From assembly GCF_009914755.1 (NCBI RefSeq), contig NC_060947.1: a stretch of 64,000 nucleotides of DNA; one strand, given 5' to 3'. The translations under genes were made by a program, and so were the position numbers. Positions 1-17,010 of the stretch are shown here, piece after piece (positions within the stretch are counted from its first letter, which is position 1; the number at the start of each line of letters is the position of its first letter). The notes beneath the pieces are model-generated. The model did not search any database. It was not told the origin of the DNA and saw nothing but the letters and a program-made list of their open reading frames with translations. The stretch comes from the human T2T-CHM13v2.0 reference genome, Homo sapiens.

Positions 1-3088
<3,088 letters not shown>

Positions 3089-6000
3089 CACAAAAATCTT
3101 ACTTTGGTTTCTAGTGTTACCACCCACTGTTCTTTCTCATCTCAACCCTGAGTATAAGTACAGATCACATTCCTTGGGTTCTTAGAAAATAATAGAAATG
3201 AACTCTCATTCATCAAAATGCCCATTAGTAAATACTGAGGGAGAACAAACTAGAAATCCAGTATAGAAAATAAAAATAGGATTATATTCCTTGGAATCTC
3301 AGAAAAAAACAATGAAGAGCTTTCTTTGGGCATTAGACACTTTCCCATAAGGTGGCTGACTCTCTTTTAGTCATGTCAGCTTGGCCCAATCTTCACTTGG
3401 TAGCCCTTCTTTCTTCTTCATTAATCCATCTCCTATGCTCCTATGGGGTCCTAGAGAAATGCCCATCATGTACACACACATCTAATAACACAAAGATCAC
3501 TCTCGACTAGCAAGCCCTTTTATGATGGTGTGAGCATTTGACACCCTTGTTGCTAGTAACATCAGTGAGTGACCTGACCCATTTTTGGAACAGAATATGA
3601 TCAGTATGTTGCCTCAAGGAGGCCCTCACTGTTCTAGGAAATATAATTCCAGAGTTTGCTGACTCACACCATGGAATATATGCATAAAATGGATCCTGCA
3701 GATAAGCCTTTCTCTGACTAGTTTCAGACATTTTTTTCTGGGTAATTTTAAAGTTATTTTTTATTTTTGTGGGTACAAAGTAGGTGTATATATGTATGAG
3801 GTACCTGAGGCATTTTGATACAAGCATACAGTGTATAATAATCACCAGAGTTAATGGGGTATCCCTCACCACAAGCATTTATCCTTTCTTTGTGATACAA
3901 ACAATCCAATTATATTCTTTTAGTTATTTTAAGATGTATAATAAATTATTGTTGACTGCAGTCACCCTGTTGAGCTATCAAATACTAGATCTTATTCATT
4001 CTAACTATACTTTTGTACCCAGTAGCCATCCCACTTCCTCCCCTCCCACTACCCTTCCCAGCCTCTGATAACCATCATTCCACTCTCTATCTCTATGAGC
4101 TCAATTGTTTTAAGTTTTAGCTCCCACAAATATGTGAGAAAATGCCAAGTTTGTCTTTCTGTGCCTGGCTTATTTCACATAATATAATGTCCTCTAGTTC
4201 CATCCATGTTATTGCAAATGACAGGATCTCTTTCTTTTTTATGGCTTAATAGTACTTTATTGTATGTATGTACCACATTTTCTTCATCCATTTGTCTGTT
4301 GATAGACAAGAGTTGCTTCCAAATATTGACTATTGTGAATAGTGCTGCAATAAACGTGGGAATGCAGATCTCTTTGATATACTGATTTTCTTTCTTTAGG
4401 GTGTATACCCAGCAGTGGGATTGCTGGGTCATATGATAGCTCTATTTTTAGTATTTTGTGGAACCTCAAATCTATTCTACATAATGGTTTTACTGACTTA
4501 CATATCCACCAACAGTGTATGAGGATACTCTTTTCTCCACATCCTCACCAGCATTCATTACTGCCTGTTCTTTGGATGAAAGCCATTTTAACTGTGGTGA
4601 AATGAGATCTCATTGTTGTTTTGATGTGCACTTCTCTGATGATCAGTGAGGTTGAGGACCTTGTCATATATCTGTTTGTCATTTGTATGTTTTATTTTGA
4701 GAGATGTCTACCCAGATCTTTTGCCCATTTTTTAATCAGATTGTTAGATTTTTTTTTTCCTACAGAGTGCTTGAGCTCTTTATATGCCCTAGTTACTAGT
4801 CCCTGGTCAGATGGGTAGTTTGCAAATAGTTGCTCTCATTCTGTGGGTTGTCTCTTCACTTTGTTGATCGAATCACTTGCTGTGCAGAAGGTTTTTAACT
4901 TGATGTGACCTCATTTGTCCATTTTTAGTTGCCTGTGCTGGTGCGGTATTACTCAAGAAATTTTTGCCCAGATTAATGTTCTGGAGAGTTTCCCCAATGT
5001 TTTCTTGAAGTAGTTTCATGGATTGATGTCTTAGATTTAAGTCTTTAATATGTTTTGATTTTATTTTTGTATTTGCTGAGAGATAGGGCTCTAGTTTCCT
5101 TCTGCATATGGATATCCAGTTTTTCTAGCACCTTTTGTTAAAGAGACTATCCATTCTCTAATATACGTTCTTGGCACCTTTGTTGAAAATAAGTTCACTG
5201 TAGATGTATGGACTTGTTTCTGGGTTCTCTGTTCTGTTCCATTGGTCTATGTGTCTGCTTTTATGTGAATACCATGTTGTTTTGGTTGCAAAAGCTCTGT
5301 AGTATAATTTGAAATCAGGTAATGTGATTCTTCCAGTTTTGCTCTGTTCTTTTTCCTCAAGATAGCTTTGCCTATCCTGGGTCTCTTGTGGTTCTATATA
5401 AATTTTAGGATTATTTTTTCTATTTATGTCAAGAATGTCATTGATATTTTGATATAAATTGCGTTGAATCTGTAGATAGCTTCAGGTAGTGTGGACATTT
5501 TAACAATATCAATTCTTGAAATCCACGAACATGGAATATCCTTCTATTATTTGGATGTCTTCTTCAATTTCTTATATTAATTTTTTTTTAGTTTTCATTG
5601 TAGAGATATTTCATTTATTTGACTAAGTTTATTGCTAGGTATTTTATTTTATTTTTACCTATTGACAATGGGATTGCTTTCTTGATTTCTTTTTTAGATT
5701 GTTCACTGTTGGCATACAGAAATGCTACTGATTTTTATGTGATGATTTTGTATCCCGCAACTTTACTGAATTTGTTTATCAGTTCTAATAGGCTTTTGGT
5801 GCAGACTTTAGGCTTTTCCAAATATAAGATCATATTATCTGCAAACAAGAATAATTTGACTTCTTTCTTTTCAATTTGGATGCCTTTCATTTCTTTCTCT
5901 TGTCTGATTGCTCTAACTAGGACTTCCAGTACTCTGTTGAATAACAGTGGGGAAAGTTAACATCCTTGTTTTGTTTCAGATCTTATAGCCAAGGCCTTCA

Positions 6001-7682
6001 GTTTTTCTGAATTTAGTATGATACTAGCTATGGGTCTGTCATATATGGCTTTTATTATGTTGAAGTATGTTCCCTAGTTTTTTGAAGGTTTTTATATTTT
6101 AAGGAAGATAAAAATTGAACTTTATCAAATGCTTTTCATGCAACAATTGAAATGATCAAGTGCTTTTTGTCTTTCATTCTGTTGATACGATGTATCACAC
6201 TGATTGACTTGTGTATTTAGAACCATCCTTGCATCCCGTGGTAAATCCCACTTAGTCATGGTGAATGAACTTTTTAATGTGTTGTTGAATTCAGTTTGCT
6301 AGTATTTTGTTGGGGATTTTTGCATCAGTGTTTATCAGGGATATTGGCCTATAGTTTTCCTTTTTTTTATGTGTCTTTTGGGTTTTGTTATCAGGGTAAT
6401 ACTGGCCTTGTAGAATGAGTTTGGAATGATTCTCTCCTCTATTTTTTGAAATACTTTGAATAGGATTGATGTTACTTCTTTAAATGTTTGGTAAAATTCT
6501 GCACTGAAGCCATTGGGTCCTGGGCTTTTTACTGCTGGGGAGACTTTTCATTACAGCTTCAATCTTATTACTTGTTATTGGTCTGTTCAGGCTTTAGATT
6601 TTTTTCATGAATCAATCTTCACAAGTTGTCTGTTTCTCAAAATTTATCAATTTCTTCTAGGTTTTCCAATGTATTGTCATCCAGTTGCTCATAATGCCCT
6701 CTAATGATGCCTTGAATTTTTGCAGTAACCACTGTAATGTTTCCTTTTTTAATCTCTGATTTTATTTGAGCTTTCTCTTTTTTTCTTAGTCTAGCTAAAT
6801 ATTTGTCAATGTTGTTTGTTCATCCACAAAACCAACTTTTCATTTCACTGATCTTTTGTATTATTTTTTCCTTTTAATTTTATTTATTTCTATTCTGATA
6901 TTTATCATTTCATTTCTTCCAGTTATTTGAGTTTGGTTTGCTCTTGCTTTTCCAGTTCTTTAAGATGCATTGTTAGGTTATTTATTTGAACTTTTTTGAT
7001 ATAGGTGCATATTGCTATAAACTTTCACCATAATATTGCTTTTGCTGTATCCCATAGGTTTTAGTATGTTGTTTAGTATGTTTCCAATTTGGTACATTTC
7101 AATAAATTTTTAAATTTTCTTCTTTATTTATTGACATAGTCATTCCAGAGTATACTGTTTAATTTCCATGTGGTTTGTATAGTTTCCAAAATTCCTCTTG
7201 TTATTGATTTCTAGTTTTATTCCATTGTGGTCAGAGAAGAAGCTTGATATGAATGCAATTGTTAATAATTTTTTTAAAACTTGTTTTGTGACCTAAGATA
7301 TGATCTGTCATTGAGAATGATCCATATGCTGAGGAAAGAATGTATATTCTGCAGCCATTGGATAAAATTGTCTTTAAATATCTATTAGGTCCATTTAAGA
7401 CATAATGCAGATTAAAGCCGATGTTTCATTGTTCATTTTTCTGTCTGGATGATCTCTTCAGTGCTGAAAGTGGTGTGTTAAAATCTCTAAATATTATTGT
7501 TTTGGGATCTTTCTCTTCTTTCAACTCTGATAATATTTGCTTTAGATACCTGGGTGCTCCAGTGTTGGGTGCATATATACTTAAAATTGTTGTATCCTCC
7601 TGATGAATTGACCCCTTTATCATTATATAATGACCTTCTTTTTCTCTTTGTGTAGTGTTTGTCTTGAAATCTATTTTGTCGG

Positions 7683-8354
7683 ATATTAGTATTGCTGCTA
7701 ATTTTTTTGGTTTCCATTTGCATGAAATATCTTTTTCATTCCTTTATTTTCAGGCAGCGTGTTTCTTTATATTTAATAGGTGAAATATGTTTCTTGTAAA
7801 TAAAAATTATTATTTTAAAATATTTTTAAAATAATACTATTTTTTAATAAGAACAATTATTATTTTTTAAAAAATTTCATTAGTTTTGGGGGCACAAGTG
7901 GATTTTGGTTAAATGGGTGAGTTCTTTAGTAGTGGATTTTGAGATTTTAGTGCAGCAGCCACCTGAGAAGTGTACATTACCCATATATTATATATATACT
8001 ATATATGCTTTATATATATAGTGTGTATATATAATATATATACAACTACATATTGGGTAATGTACACTTCTCAGGTGACTGCTGCACTAAAATCTCAAAA
8101 TCCACTACTAAAGAACTCACCCATTTAACCAAAATCCACTTGTGCCCCCAAAACTAATGAAATTTTTTAAAAAATAATAATTGTTCTTATTAAAAAATAG
8201 TATTATTTTAAAAATATTTTAAAATAATAATTTTTATTTACAAGAAACATAATTCACCTATTAAATATAAAGAAACACGCTGCCTGAAAGTAAAGGAATG
8301 AAAAAGATATTTCATGCAAATGGAAACCAAAAAAATTAGCAGCTATACTAATAT
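7683..8354. repeat. Near-perfect inverted repeat: arms 7683-7983 and 8054-8354 (301 bp each), 70-bp TA-rich spacer
   Basis: Manual reverse-complement alignment shows no indels and 4 mismatches. Confidence 0.96.
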
Positions 8355-10111
8355 ATTATATATATACTACATAAAGCATATATATAGTATAGTATATATA
8401 TAATACATTTATAAAGCATATATATAGTGTGTAGATAATATATGTTTATATACTTTAAGTTCTGGGATACATGTGCAGAACGTGCAGGTTTCTTACATAG
8501 GTATACTCGTGCCATGGTGGTTTGCTGCACCCATCAACCTGCCATATACATTAAGTATTTCTCCTAATGCTATCTTTCCCCTAGCCCTACCCCACTCCCT
8601 GACAGGCCCTGGTGTATGATGTTCCCCTCCCTGTGTCCATGTGTTCTCATTGTTCAACTGCCACTTATGAGTGAGAACATGTGGTGTTTGGTTTTCTGTT
8701 CTTGTGTTTTAGTTTGCTGAGGATGATGGTTTCCAGCTTCATCCATGTCCCTGCAAAGGACATGAACTCATCCTTTTTGATGGCTGCATAGTATTCCATG
8801 GTGTATATGTGCCACGTTTTCTTTATCCAGTATATCATTGATGGGCATTTTGGTTGGTTCCAAGTCTTTGCTATTGTGAATAGTGCTGCAATAAACATAC
8901 GTGTGCATTTGTCTTTATAGAAGAATGATTTATAATCTTTTGGGTATATACCCAGTAATGGGATTGCTGAGTCAAATGATATTTCTGGTTCTAGATCCTT
9001 AATGAATTGCCACACTGTCTTCCACAATGGTTGAACTAATTTATGCTCCCACCAACAGTGTAAAAGCGTTCCTATTTCTTCAAATCCTCACCAGCATCTG
9101 TTGTTTCCTGACTTTTTAATCGCCATTCTAACTGGCATGAGATGGTATCTCATTGTGGTTTTGATTTGCATTTCTCTAATGACCAGTGATGATGAGCTTT
9201 TTTTCATGTTTGTTGGCAGCATAAATGTCTTCTTTTGAGAAGTGTCTGTTCATATTCTTCACCCACTTTTTGATGGAGTTATTTGTTTTCTTCTTGTAAA
9301 TTTGTTTAAGTTTCTTGTCGATTCTGGATATTAGCTCTTTGTCAGATGAATAGATTGCAAAAATTTTCTCCCATTCTGTAAGTTGCCTGTTCCCTCTGCT
9401 GATAGTTTCTTCTGCTGTGCAGAAGCTCTTTAGTTTAATTAGATCCCATTTGTCAATTTTGGCTTTTGTTGCCATTGCTTTTGGTGTTTTAGTCATGAAG
9501 TCTCTACCCATGCCTATGTCCTGGATGGTATTGCCTTGGTTTTCTTCTACAGTTTTTATGGTTTTAGGTCTTGCATTTAAGTCTTTAATCCATCTTGAGT
9601 TAATTTTGTATAACGTGTAAGGAAGAGGTCCACTTTCAGTTTTCTGCATGAGGCTAACGAGTTTTCCCAACACCATTTATTAAATAGGGAATCCTTTCCC
9701 CATTGTTTGTTTTTGTCAAGTTTGTCAAAGATCAGGTGGTTGTAGATGTGTGGTGTTATTTCTGAGGCCTCTGCTCTGTTCCACGTGTCTATATCTCTGT
9801 TTTGGTACCAGTACCATGCTGTTTTGGGTACTGTACCACTTGATTGGTGAGAGAGGGAATCCTTGTCTTGCACTGGTTTTCAAAGGGAATGCTTCAGCTT
9901 TTGCCTATTCAGTATGACCAATATGTAGTCTTTTATTCCTCACCCTCTCTCAACACCCCACCCCCACGGAGTCCTCAAAGTCCATTATATCACTCTGTAT
10001 GTTTTTGCGTTCTCATAGCTTAGCTCCCACTTATAAATGAGAAAATACAGTATTTGGTTTTCCATTCTTTGGTTACTTAATTAGAATAATGGCCTCCAGC
10101 TCCATCCAGGT
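7862..10111 (-). mobile_element. Short L1PB-type 3' fragment (about 7862-7983 plus 9918-10111) split by a younger L1PA insertion
   Basis: L1PB-like 3' UTR (GTTCTTTAGTAGTGGATTTTGAGATTTTAGTGCA...GTGTACATTACCCA) resumes at 9918 (CCAATATGTAGTCTTTTATTCCTCACC). Confidence 0.75.
8445..9917 (-). mobile_element. 5'-truncated L1PA7-like element (3' UTR and ORF2 C-terminus) with a TA-rich tail
   Basis: TACTTTAAGTTCTGGGATACATGTGCAGAACGTGCAGG 3' end. ORF2 peptides at 8665-9027 and 9176-9676. 12-bp TSD CCAATATGTAGT at 9918-9929; the other copy is inverted at 8045-8056. Confidence 0.88.
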
Positions 10112-11197
10112 GTCTTGTTTTTCATCCATTCAGCCAGTCTATAACTTTTGCTTGGAGAGTTTCGTCCATTTAGATTCAGCGTTATGATTGATAACTAAGG
10201 GCTTACTCCTGCCATTTGGTTGTTTTCTGGTTATTCTGTGGTCTTCTCTTCCTTTTTTCCTTCTTTCCTGTCTCCCTTTTAGTGAAAGTGGTTTTCTCTG
10301 GTGGTGTATTTTATTTTCTTCCTTTTTATTTTTTTTTGTGTGTATTTGTTGCATGTTATTGATTTGAGGTTACCATGAGGCTTGTACATAATATTTTCTA
10401 ACTCATTATTTCAAACTGATGACAACACTCTATCGCATAAAAAAACATGGAAAGAGAAAACTAATAAAAACTCTACATTTTAACTTCATCTCTCTGCTTG
10501 TTGTCACTTTGTCGTTTCTATTTACATCTTATTGTACTGTTTATGTCTTGAAAAGTAGTTTCAGTTATTACTTTTGATTGGTTCATCTCATAGTCTTTCT
10601 ACTCAAGATATGAGTAGTTCACACACCACAATTACAGTGTTACAATATTCTGTGTTTTTCTGTGTACTTTCAATTACCCATGAGTTTTGTATTTTCAGAT
10701 AATTTGTTATTGCTCACTAACATCCTATTCTTTCAGATTAAAGAGCTCCCTTTAGCATTTCTTGTAGGAAAAGTCTGGTGTTAATGAATTCCTTCAGCTC
10801 TTGTTGATCTGTGAAAGTCTTTATTTTTCCTTCATGTTTCAAGGATATTTTCACTGGATAGTCTATTCTAGGGTAAAAGTTTTTTTTTTTTTTTTCTTCA
10901 GCCCTTCAGGTAAGTCATGCCACTCTCTCCTGGCCTATAAGGCTACCACTGAAAAGTCTGCTGCCAGACATATATGAGTTCCATTCTATGTTACTTGTTT
11001 ATTTTCTCTTGTTACTTTTAGGATCCTTTCTTTATCTTTGACCTTTGGGAGTTTGATTATTAAATGCCTTGAGGTGGTCTTTTTTGGATTAAATCTTCTT
11101 CGTGTTCTTGTACTTGGATATTAATATCTTTCTCTAGGTTTGGGAAGTTCTCTGTTATTATCCCTTTGAATAAACTTTCTACCAAGATCTCTCTTTC

Positions 11198-11229
<32 letters not shown>

Positions 11230-11997
11230 CTTCTTAAGGCCAATAACTTTTAGATTTGCCCTTTTGAGGCTGTTTTCTAGATCTCGTAGGTGTGCTTCAT
11301 TGTTTGCTATTTTTTTTTTTTTTTTGTCTCTTCTGACTACATTTTCAAATAGCCTGTTTTAAAACTCACTAATTCTTTCTTTTGCCTGGTCAATTATGCT
11401 GTTAAGAGACTCTGAGGCATTCTTCAGTGTGTCAGTTGCATTTTTCAGCACCAGAATGTCTGCTTATTTTTTTTTAGATTATTTCCATCTCTTTGTTAAA
11501 TATATCTGATAGAATTCTGAATTCTTTCTTAGTGTTATCTTTAATTTCCTTGAATTTCCTCAACACAACTATTTTGAATTATCTGTCTGAAAGGTCACAT
11601 ATCTCTATTTTTCCAGGATTGCTATCTGGTGCTTTATTTAGTTCATTTTGTGAGGTCATGTTTTCCTGGATGGTGTTAATGCTAGTAGATGTTTTTCAGT
11701 GTCTGAGCATTGAAAAGTTAGATGTTTATTGTAGTCTTCACAGTCTGGGCTTGTTCATACCTGCCCTCCTTGGGAGACTTTCCAAGTATTCGAAGGGATT
11801 TGGATGCTGTGATCTTAGTCTTTGGTCACTGCAGCCATATCTGCTTTATGGAGCATCCCATGCTCAGTAATGCTGTGGCTCTTTCAGACTCATAGAGTTA
11901 CTGCCTGCATGCTCTTGGGTAAGAGCCAGGAAAATTCCCTGGATTACCAAGCAGAGACTCTTGTTCTCTTCTCTCACTTTCCCCCAAACAAATAGAG

Positions 11998-12033
<36 letters not shown>

Positions 12034-15000
12034 CCTCTCATTCTCTGCCGACCTGCCTGAATCTGGGGTAGGGATGACACAATCACATTTGTAGTCAACA
12101 CCATTGGGACTGTGCTAGGTCAGACCCAAAGCTGGCACAGCACTGAGTCTCGCCCAACGCCCACAGAGACCACTCCCTGGGTAATGTCTGTGTTTGCTCA
12201 AAGCCTAAGGGCTATACAATCAGTCAGTGGTGAAGCCAGCCTGTCTTATGTCCTTCCCTTCAGGGTGATGAGTTCCTCAAGCAGGTCCAGGGATGGTGTC
12301 CAGGAGCCAAGGCCTCGAGCTGTGACTGAGCTGGCACCCAATCCATAAGACAAAGATTTTTTCCACACTTTCCTTCCTTGTCCTCAAGCAAAGGAGTCTC
12401 TCCCTGTGGCCACCACCACCCCCATGTTCATGGCAAGTATTGTCTGGCTACCACCAATCTTCACTCAAGGCCCAGGGGTTCTTTAGTTAGCTTATGGTGA
12501 ATGCTACCAAGGCTGAGTCTCTCCCTTCAAGGAAGTGGGCTCCTCTCTGGCCCAGGGCAGGTCCGGAAATACTATCCAAGAGCCAAGGCCTGGAATCAGT
12601 TTCCCCAAGAGTCCATTTGGTGCTCTACACCCACTGTGGCAGAACCAGTACCCAAGCTGCAAGACAAAGTCCTCTTTACTCTTCCTTCTCCTTTACAGAG
12701 ACTCTCCCTATAGCCACCACAGCTGGGAATATGCTGGGTCACTCTTGAAGCAAGAACAGCTCTGAGTCTCACTCAAAACTCCTGGCAAGTACTGCCTGGC
12801 TATCACACTGATTATTCAGGGCCCAAGGGCTCTTTAGTCAGCAGGAGATGAATCCTGCCAGTACTGATTCCTTCCCTTCAAGGCAGCCGGTTTCTTTCTG
12901 GCCCAGTGTGTATCTAGAAATATCATTTGGGAGCTAGGGCCTGGCATGGTGACCTCAGGACTCTGCCTGGTGCCCTGTTCTACTGTGGCTGATGTAGTAT
13001 CCAAATTGCAAGACCAAGTCCTCTTTACTCTCCCCTCTCCTGTCTTCAAGCAGAAGGAATGAGTCCGCCCTGGAGTTGGGAGCTGCATTGCCTGGGATTG
13101 GAGGAGGGGTGGCACAAGCACTCTCTTGGTCACCCCAGCTGGTGTCTTACTAGGTCGCATGTTCCCCAAGTCCACTGGCTCTGAGGCTAGCACACCAGGA
13201 TTTGACCAAGAATTGCAATTCTTGTGGCTTACACTGCCTTTCAAGTTTATTTGAGATCCCAGAGCACTTTAGCCCACAGTGACAGGGCTTGCCAGAATTT
13301 AGTTTCTGACTGCTGAGATGGACAATTTGCGTCTGATTAGGGCTGGTCTAAGTGCTCCTTCTGTGGGCACTGGCTGAGTTCTGCTCCATGTTGCTTTCTG
13401 CTGTGACAGGGCAACATTGAGTTTCAATGCAAGTCCCACAGTCACTGCAATCTTCCTCTCCCAAGCCTGCTCTGAACACCATGTGGTTGCTGCTGGGGGC
13501 TGGGGGAGGGATGTTGTAGGCAATTCAAGAATGTCTTTCCTACCCTTTTCGGTGCTTCTTTCCTTGGTATGATATTAAAACCAGTTACTGTGATTGCTCA
13601 CCTGATTTTTGGTTCTTATGAAGGTGCTTTTTTGTGTGGATCACTGTTCAATTTGTGCCTGCAAGCGGGGATGGGGGACAATTGCTGGAGGCTTCTCTTT
13701 GGCCATCTTGCTCCACCTCTACCCTAGTATTAGCAATTTCAAAGCAGTTGGGATGGAGGTAGAAGGAAAGGGCGCTTGGAATCAGAAAATCCATGTCTTA
13801 GCTTTGAGCCTTAGAAAATTCATTTGACCCTTGTAAGCCTCAGTTGCTTCATCTGTAAAAGAGAAATAATATAATGGCTGAAAAGATCAAAGGTGATAAT
13901 GCTTTTGAAAACACTATAGAAAATGACAAAATATCACATGAGTATTATTTTCTAGTTTCTAGGAGTCTCCTTACCATTGTACAGGACAACCATGTCTATT
14001 TTTAAATAAATTATTATTTGCCTCTGAGCAACCCTGCAAAGAGTTGCCTGTAGGAGAAACAGCTTTACTTGCAAATCACTCCACTGTTTTCTTTGTGCAC
14101 AGCTTATTAATACATAAGGCACATGTCCTCCAGCCTGCAGTAACATTGGAATCATTACCTCTTTGGAGTACCTACCAGAGCTTCTCAAAGTGAATTTTGT
14201 TTATCACCACAAAAAATAGTCTGTTGCAGAGATAACCTCCAAATTCAATGACAATATTTCCAATCACTTTTGCATGATGCAGAAATAGACAAATATATAA
14301 TTTTGCTTATAGAGACAATTATTGTCTCCCAACAAGTGATCAGTAGTCAGAAAATGGCCAAGAAATACCATGGGGTGTGCCTTCCCATAACAGCTTATCT
14401 TTGTGTTTTAGTTGCAAGGTTACTAAAAGCCTGTGCAGGGTTTATGGCAAAAGTAAAACTTGCTCCAGGAGCAAGCCCTTGTTTCATTGTCTAATGTTCT
14501 TAATCCCCAGCAGACAGGATTTGGATCTGGCATTTGGTAACAGGGCAGTTTCCAAAGTTGCTGTACGCAACTTGAGGAAGAGAGGTGATATTATCGGAAT
14601 GAATTTCTTTGTTGTAAGTTATAAATGTATGGGCTTTTCCAATCCCATCACCCTTAAAACTTTATTTGTTTTCTGCAGTGAGGGTGTCTCCGTTGTCTTT
14701 AATATGCTTGCTTTGAGTTCATGGATGAACATTCCTGCCTGGCTGACATGTGGACTCTCTGAAATTGTTATAAGGTCTTTTTCTTTGTTTTTTTCTTGAT
14801 GCCCAAGCTGCCAAGGGTAGTACTGGCAGTGGTGGGCAGACAAGGAGGTGATAGCAAACTTTGTCCTCTGGCCTCCCTTGACCCATTCCATTCATTATCT
14901 AAGGGACTCCAAGCCAGCATTCCACAGAGTGCCCTCACCAAACTCACTAAGACTGAAGGCGAACCAGGATTCCAAACAGCCATTATGAAAGGAAAGAGAG

Positions 15001-15509
15001 AGAGACTTAGGGTTTGCAAAATAAGATACCCTGTTGATTCTTTTTATTCCATACAGATACTACTATTCTTTAGGAAAACGTTAAAATCACATGATCTTCC
15101 AGGACCTGGGCTGCTTCTTTAAGAAGCATGTTACAGAAAGCTTTATTGGCCAACAACATATTGAAAGATAGATTAATCAATCATTCATTCAAATAAGGTA
15201 TATTCAGAATTGAGGTATATTGTAGCCAGACAGTGAGACTACAAAAAAAGAATGCACCGTACCCTTATCTCTTGCACAATCTAACGAGGGAGATAACCAC
15301 TCTTTCAATTTATAGTGACCTATAACATTTCGTACACTGCTGAATATCTTTACATGGTAATAACACAATGGAAAGCTTGCAAAATAGACAGAGGCTAGGG
15401 GAAGAAGGATTGAGTGTGAATATAGCCTCTTATAAATCGAGAGGAATGGTCTGTGTCTTCTGATCATACAGAGATAATAAATATGGAAATGATTTCAAAC
15501 TAACAAAGC

Positions 15510-15960
15510 AAATGTGCAGAAAATACTGAGAATATAGTGGGCAGGATACCTGAGTTTTGGTTCCATCTCTGTTATTGACTCATTGTGTAATCTGAGTCAG
15601 GTCTGTTCTGCTCTCTGGATCTCACCCTTTCCTATCTGTAAAATGAGATTGTTGGATTAGATGATCTCCATAGAGGTTCTCACCTATTCTGACATTCAAA
15701 AGGACTCCTAATTTTTCTTATATAATAATAATATATATGATCTGTAGAGTGCTTTACACTTTATATGATATTTTTGCATCTGTTATCTCATGTGAGAAAA
15801 GCACTGGACTGCTGGACTGGCAATGAGGACACCTGGATTCTTGTCTCTGTTTTGACACTGATTCATGGTGTGATCTTCAAGCAAATTCTCTGAGTTTCAG
15901 TTTCTCAATCTGTAAAATAGGGGGGTATGAAGATTGGACTAAATCAGTAGGTCTCTAAAA
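15510..15960 (+). mobile_element. Two MIR/MIR3 remnants
   Basis: MIR core-like motifs (TTCCTATCTGTAAAATGAG; CAGTTTCTCAATCTGTAAAATAGG). Boundaries approximate. Confidence 0.65.
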
Positions 15961-16204
15961 TGTTCCACAAAGCCCTGGGGTGGGGGGCTCCTACAGAGTT
16001 TCGCTAAGGCAAACCACAACGCTAAGCCTGCATGGAAGAGGAGAAAAAGAGTGGCCTGACAAGAGAAGTTCCCAGTTTCCTATGCCAACCCCAGGCAGAT
16101 TACATTTAATTTTATCTGATTTATATAGAGAGTTTCTATGTAATGTTTTATTCTTAAAAATAGTTTACTATAAAAAACTCAACTGGTTTGATTTTTAAAG
16201 ATTG

Positions 16205-17010
16205 CACATATAAGTGAGATCATGCAGTCAGTATTTGTCTTTCTATGCCTGGCTTATTTCACTTAGCATAATGTCTTCCAGCATCATCTATGTTGCTGCA
16301 AATGACAGACTTTTCTTTTCATTAAAGGCTATATAGTATTCCATCGTGTATGTACACCACATTTTCTCTTTTGTAACTTTCATTTTAGGTTCAGGGGTTC
16401 ATGTGCATGTTTGATATATAGGTAAACTGCATGTCAGAGAGGTTTCTTGTACAGATTATTTCATCACCCAGGTAATAAGCATAGTATCTAATCAATTTTT
16501 TTCTGATCCTCTCCCTTCTCCCACCCTACAACCTCAAGTAGGCCCTGGTGTCTATTGTTCCCCTCTTTGTGTCCATTACACCACATTTTCTTTATCCACT
16601 TATCCATCCATGGACACTTAGTTTGCTTCCATATGTTGGCTATTGTGAATAATGCTGAAAAAAGTCAAACTCATAGAAGCAGAGAGTAGAATGGTGGTTA
16701 CCAGGGACTGGGAGGCAGTTGACTGAGCTAGGAAAAGAGAGATAATAAAAGGGTACAATGTGTCAGTTATATAGAAGGAATAAGTTATATTGAACTATTG
16801 CACAGCATGGTGACCATAGTTAATAATAATGTATTATATGTCTCAGTATTGCTAAAAGAGTAAATTTAAATATTCTAACCACAAAAAATTATTAGTAGGC
16901 AAGGTGATGGATATGTTAATTTGCTTGATTTAATCTTTCTAGAATGCATACATATATCAAAACATCCCACTGTACCCCATAAATATATACAATTATTATT
17001 TGTCAATTTA
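16205..17010. mobile_element. 5'-inverted (twin-primed) L1MA 3' fragment with a nested ~210-bp L1PA 3' end (16368-16576)
   Basis: Minus segment about 16205-16656 and plus segment about 16660-17010 appear adjacent in L1 3' sequence. The nested insert has a 15-bp TSD TACACCACATTTTCT at 16353-16367 and 16577-16591. Confidence 0.8.

Larger units (their letters stand above)
3755..13720 (-). mobile_element. Old near full-length L1MA-type element interrupted by nested L1 insertions
   Basis: L1MA-like 3' end (TTTTTGTGGGTACA...), decayed ORF2 peptides (4175-4469, 7426-7623), long 5' UTR ending GGCCATCTTGCTCCACC near 13701-13717. Boundaries and subfamily approximate. Confidence 0.8.
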
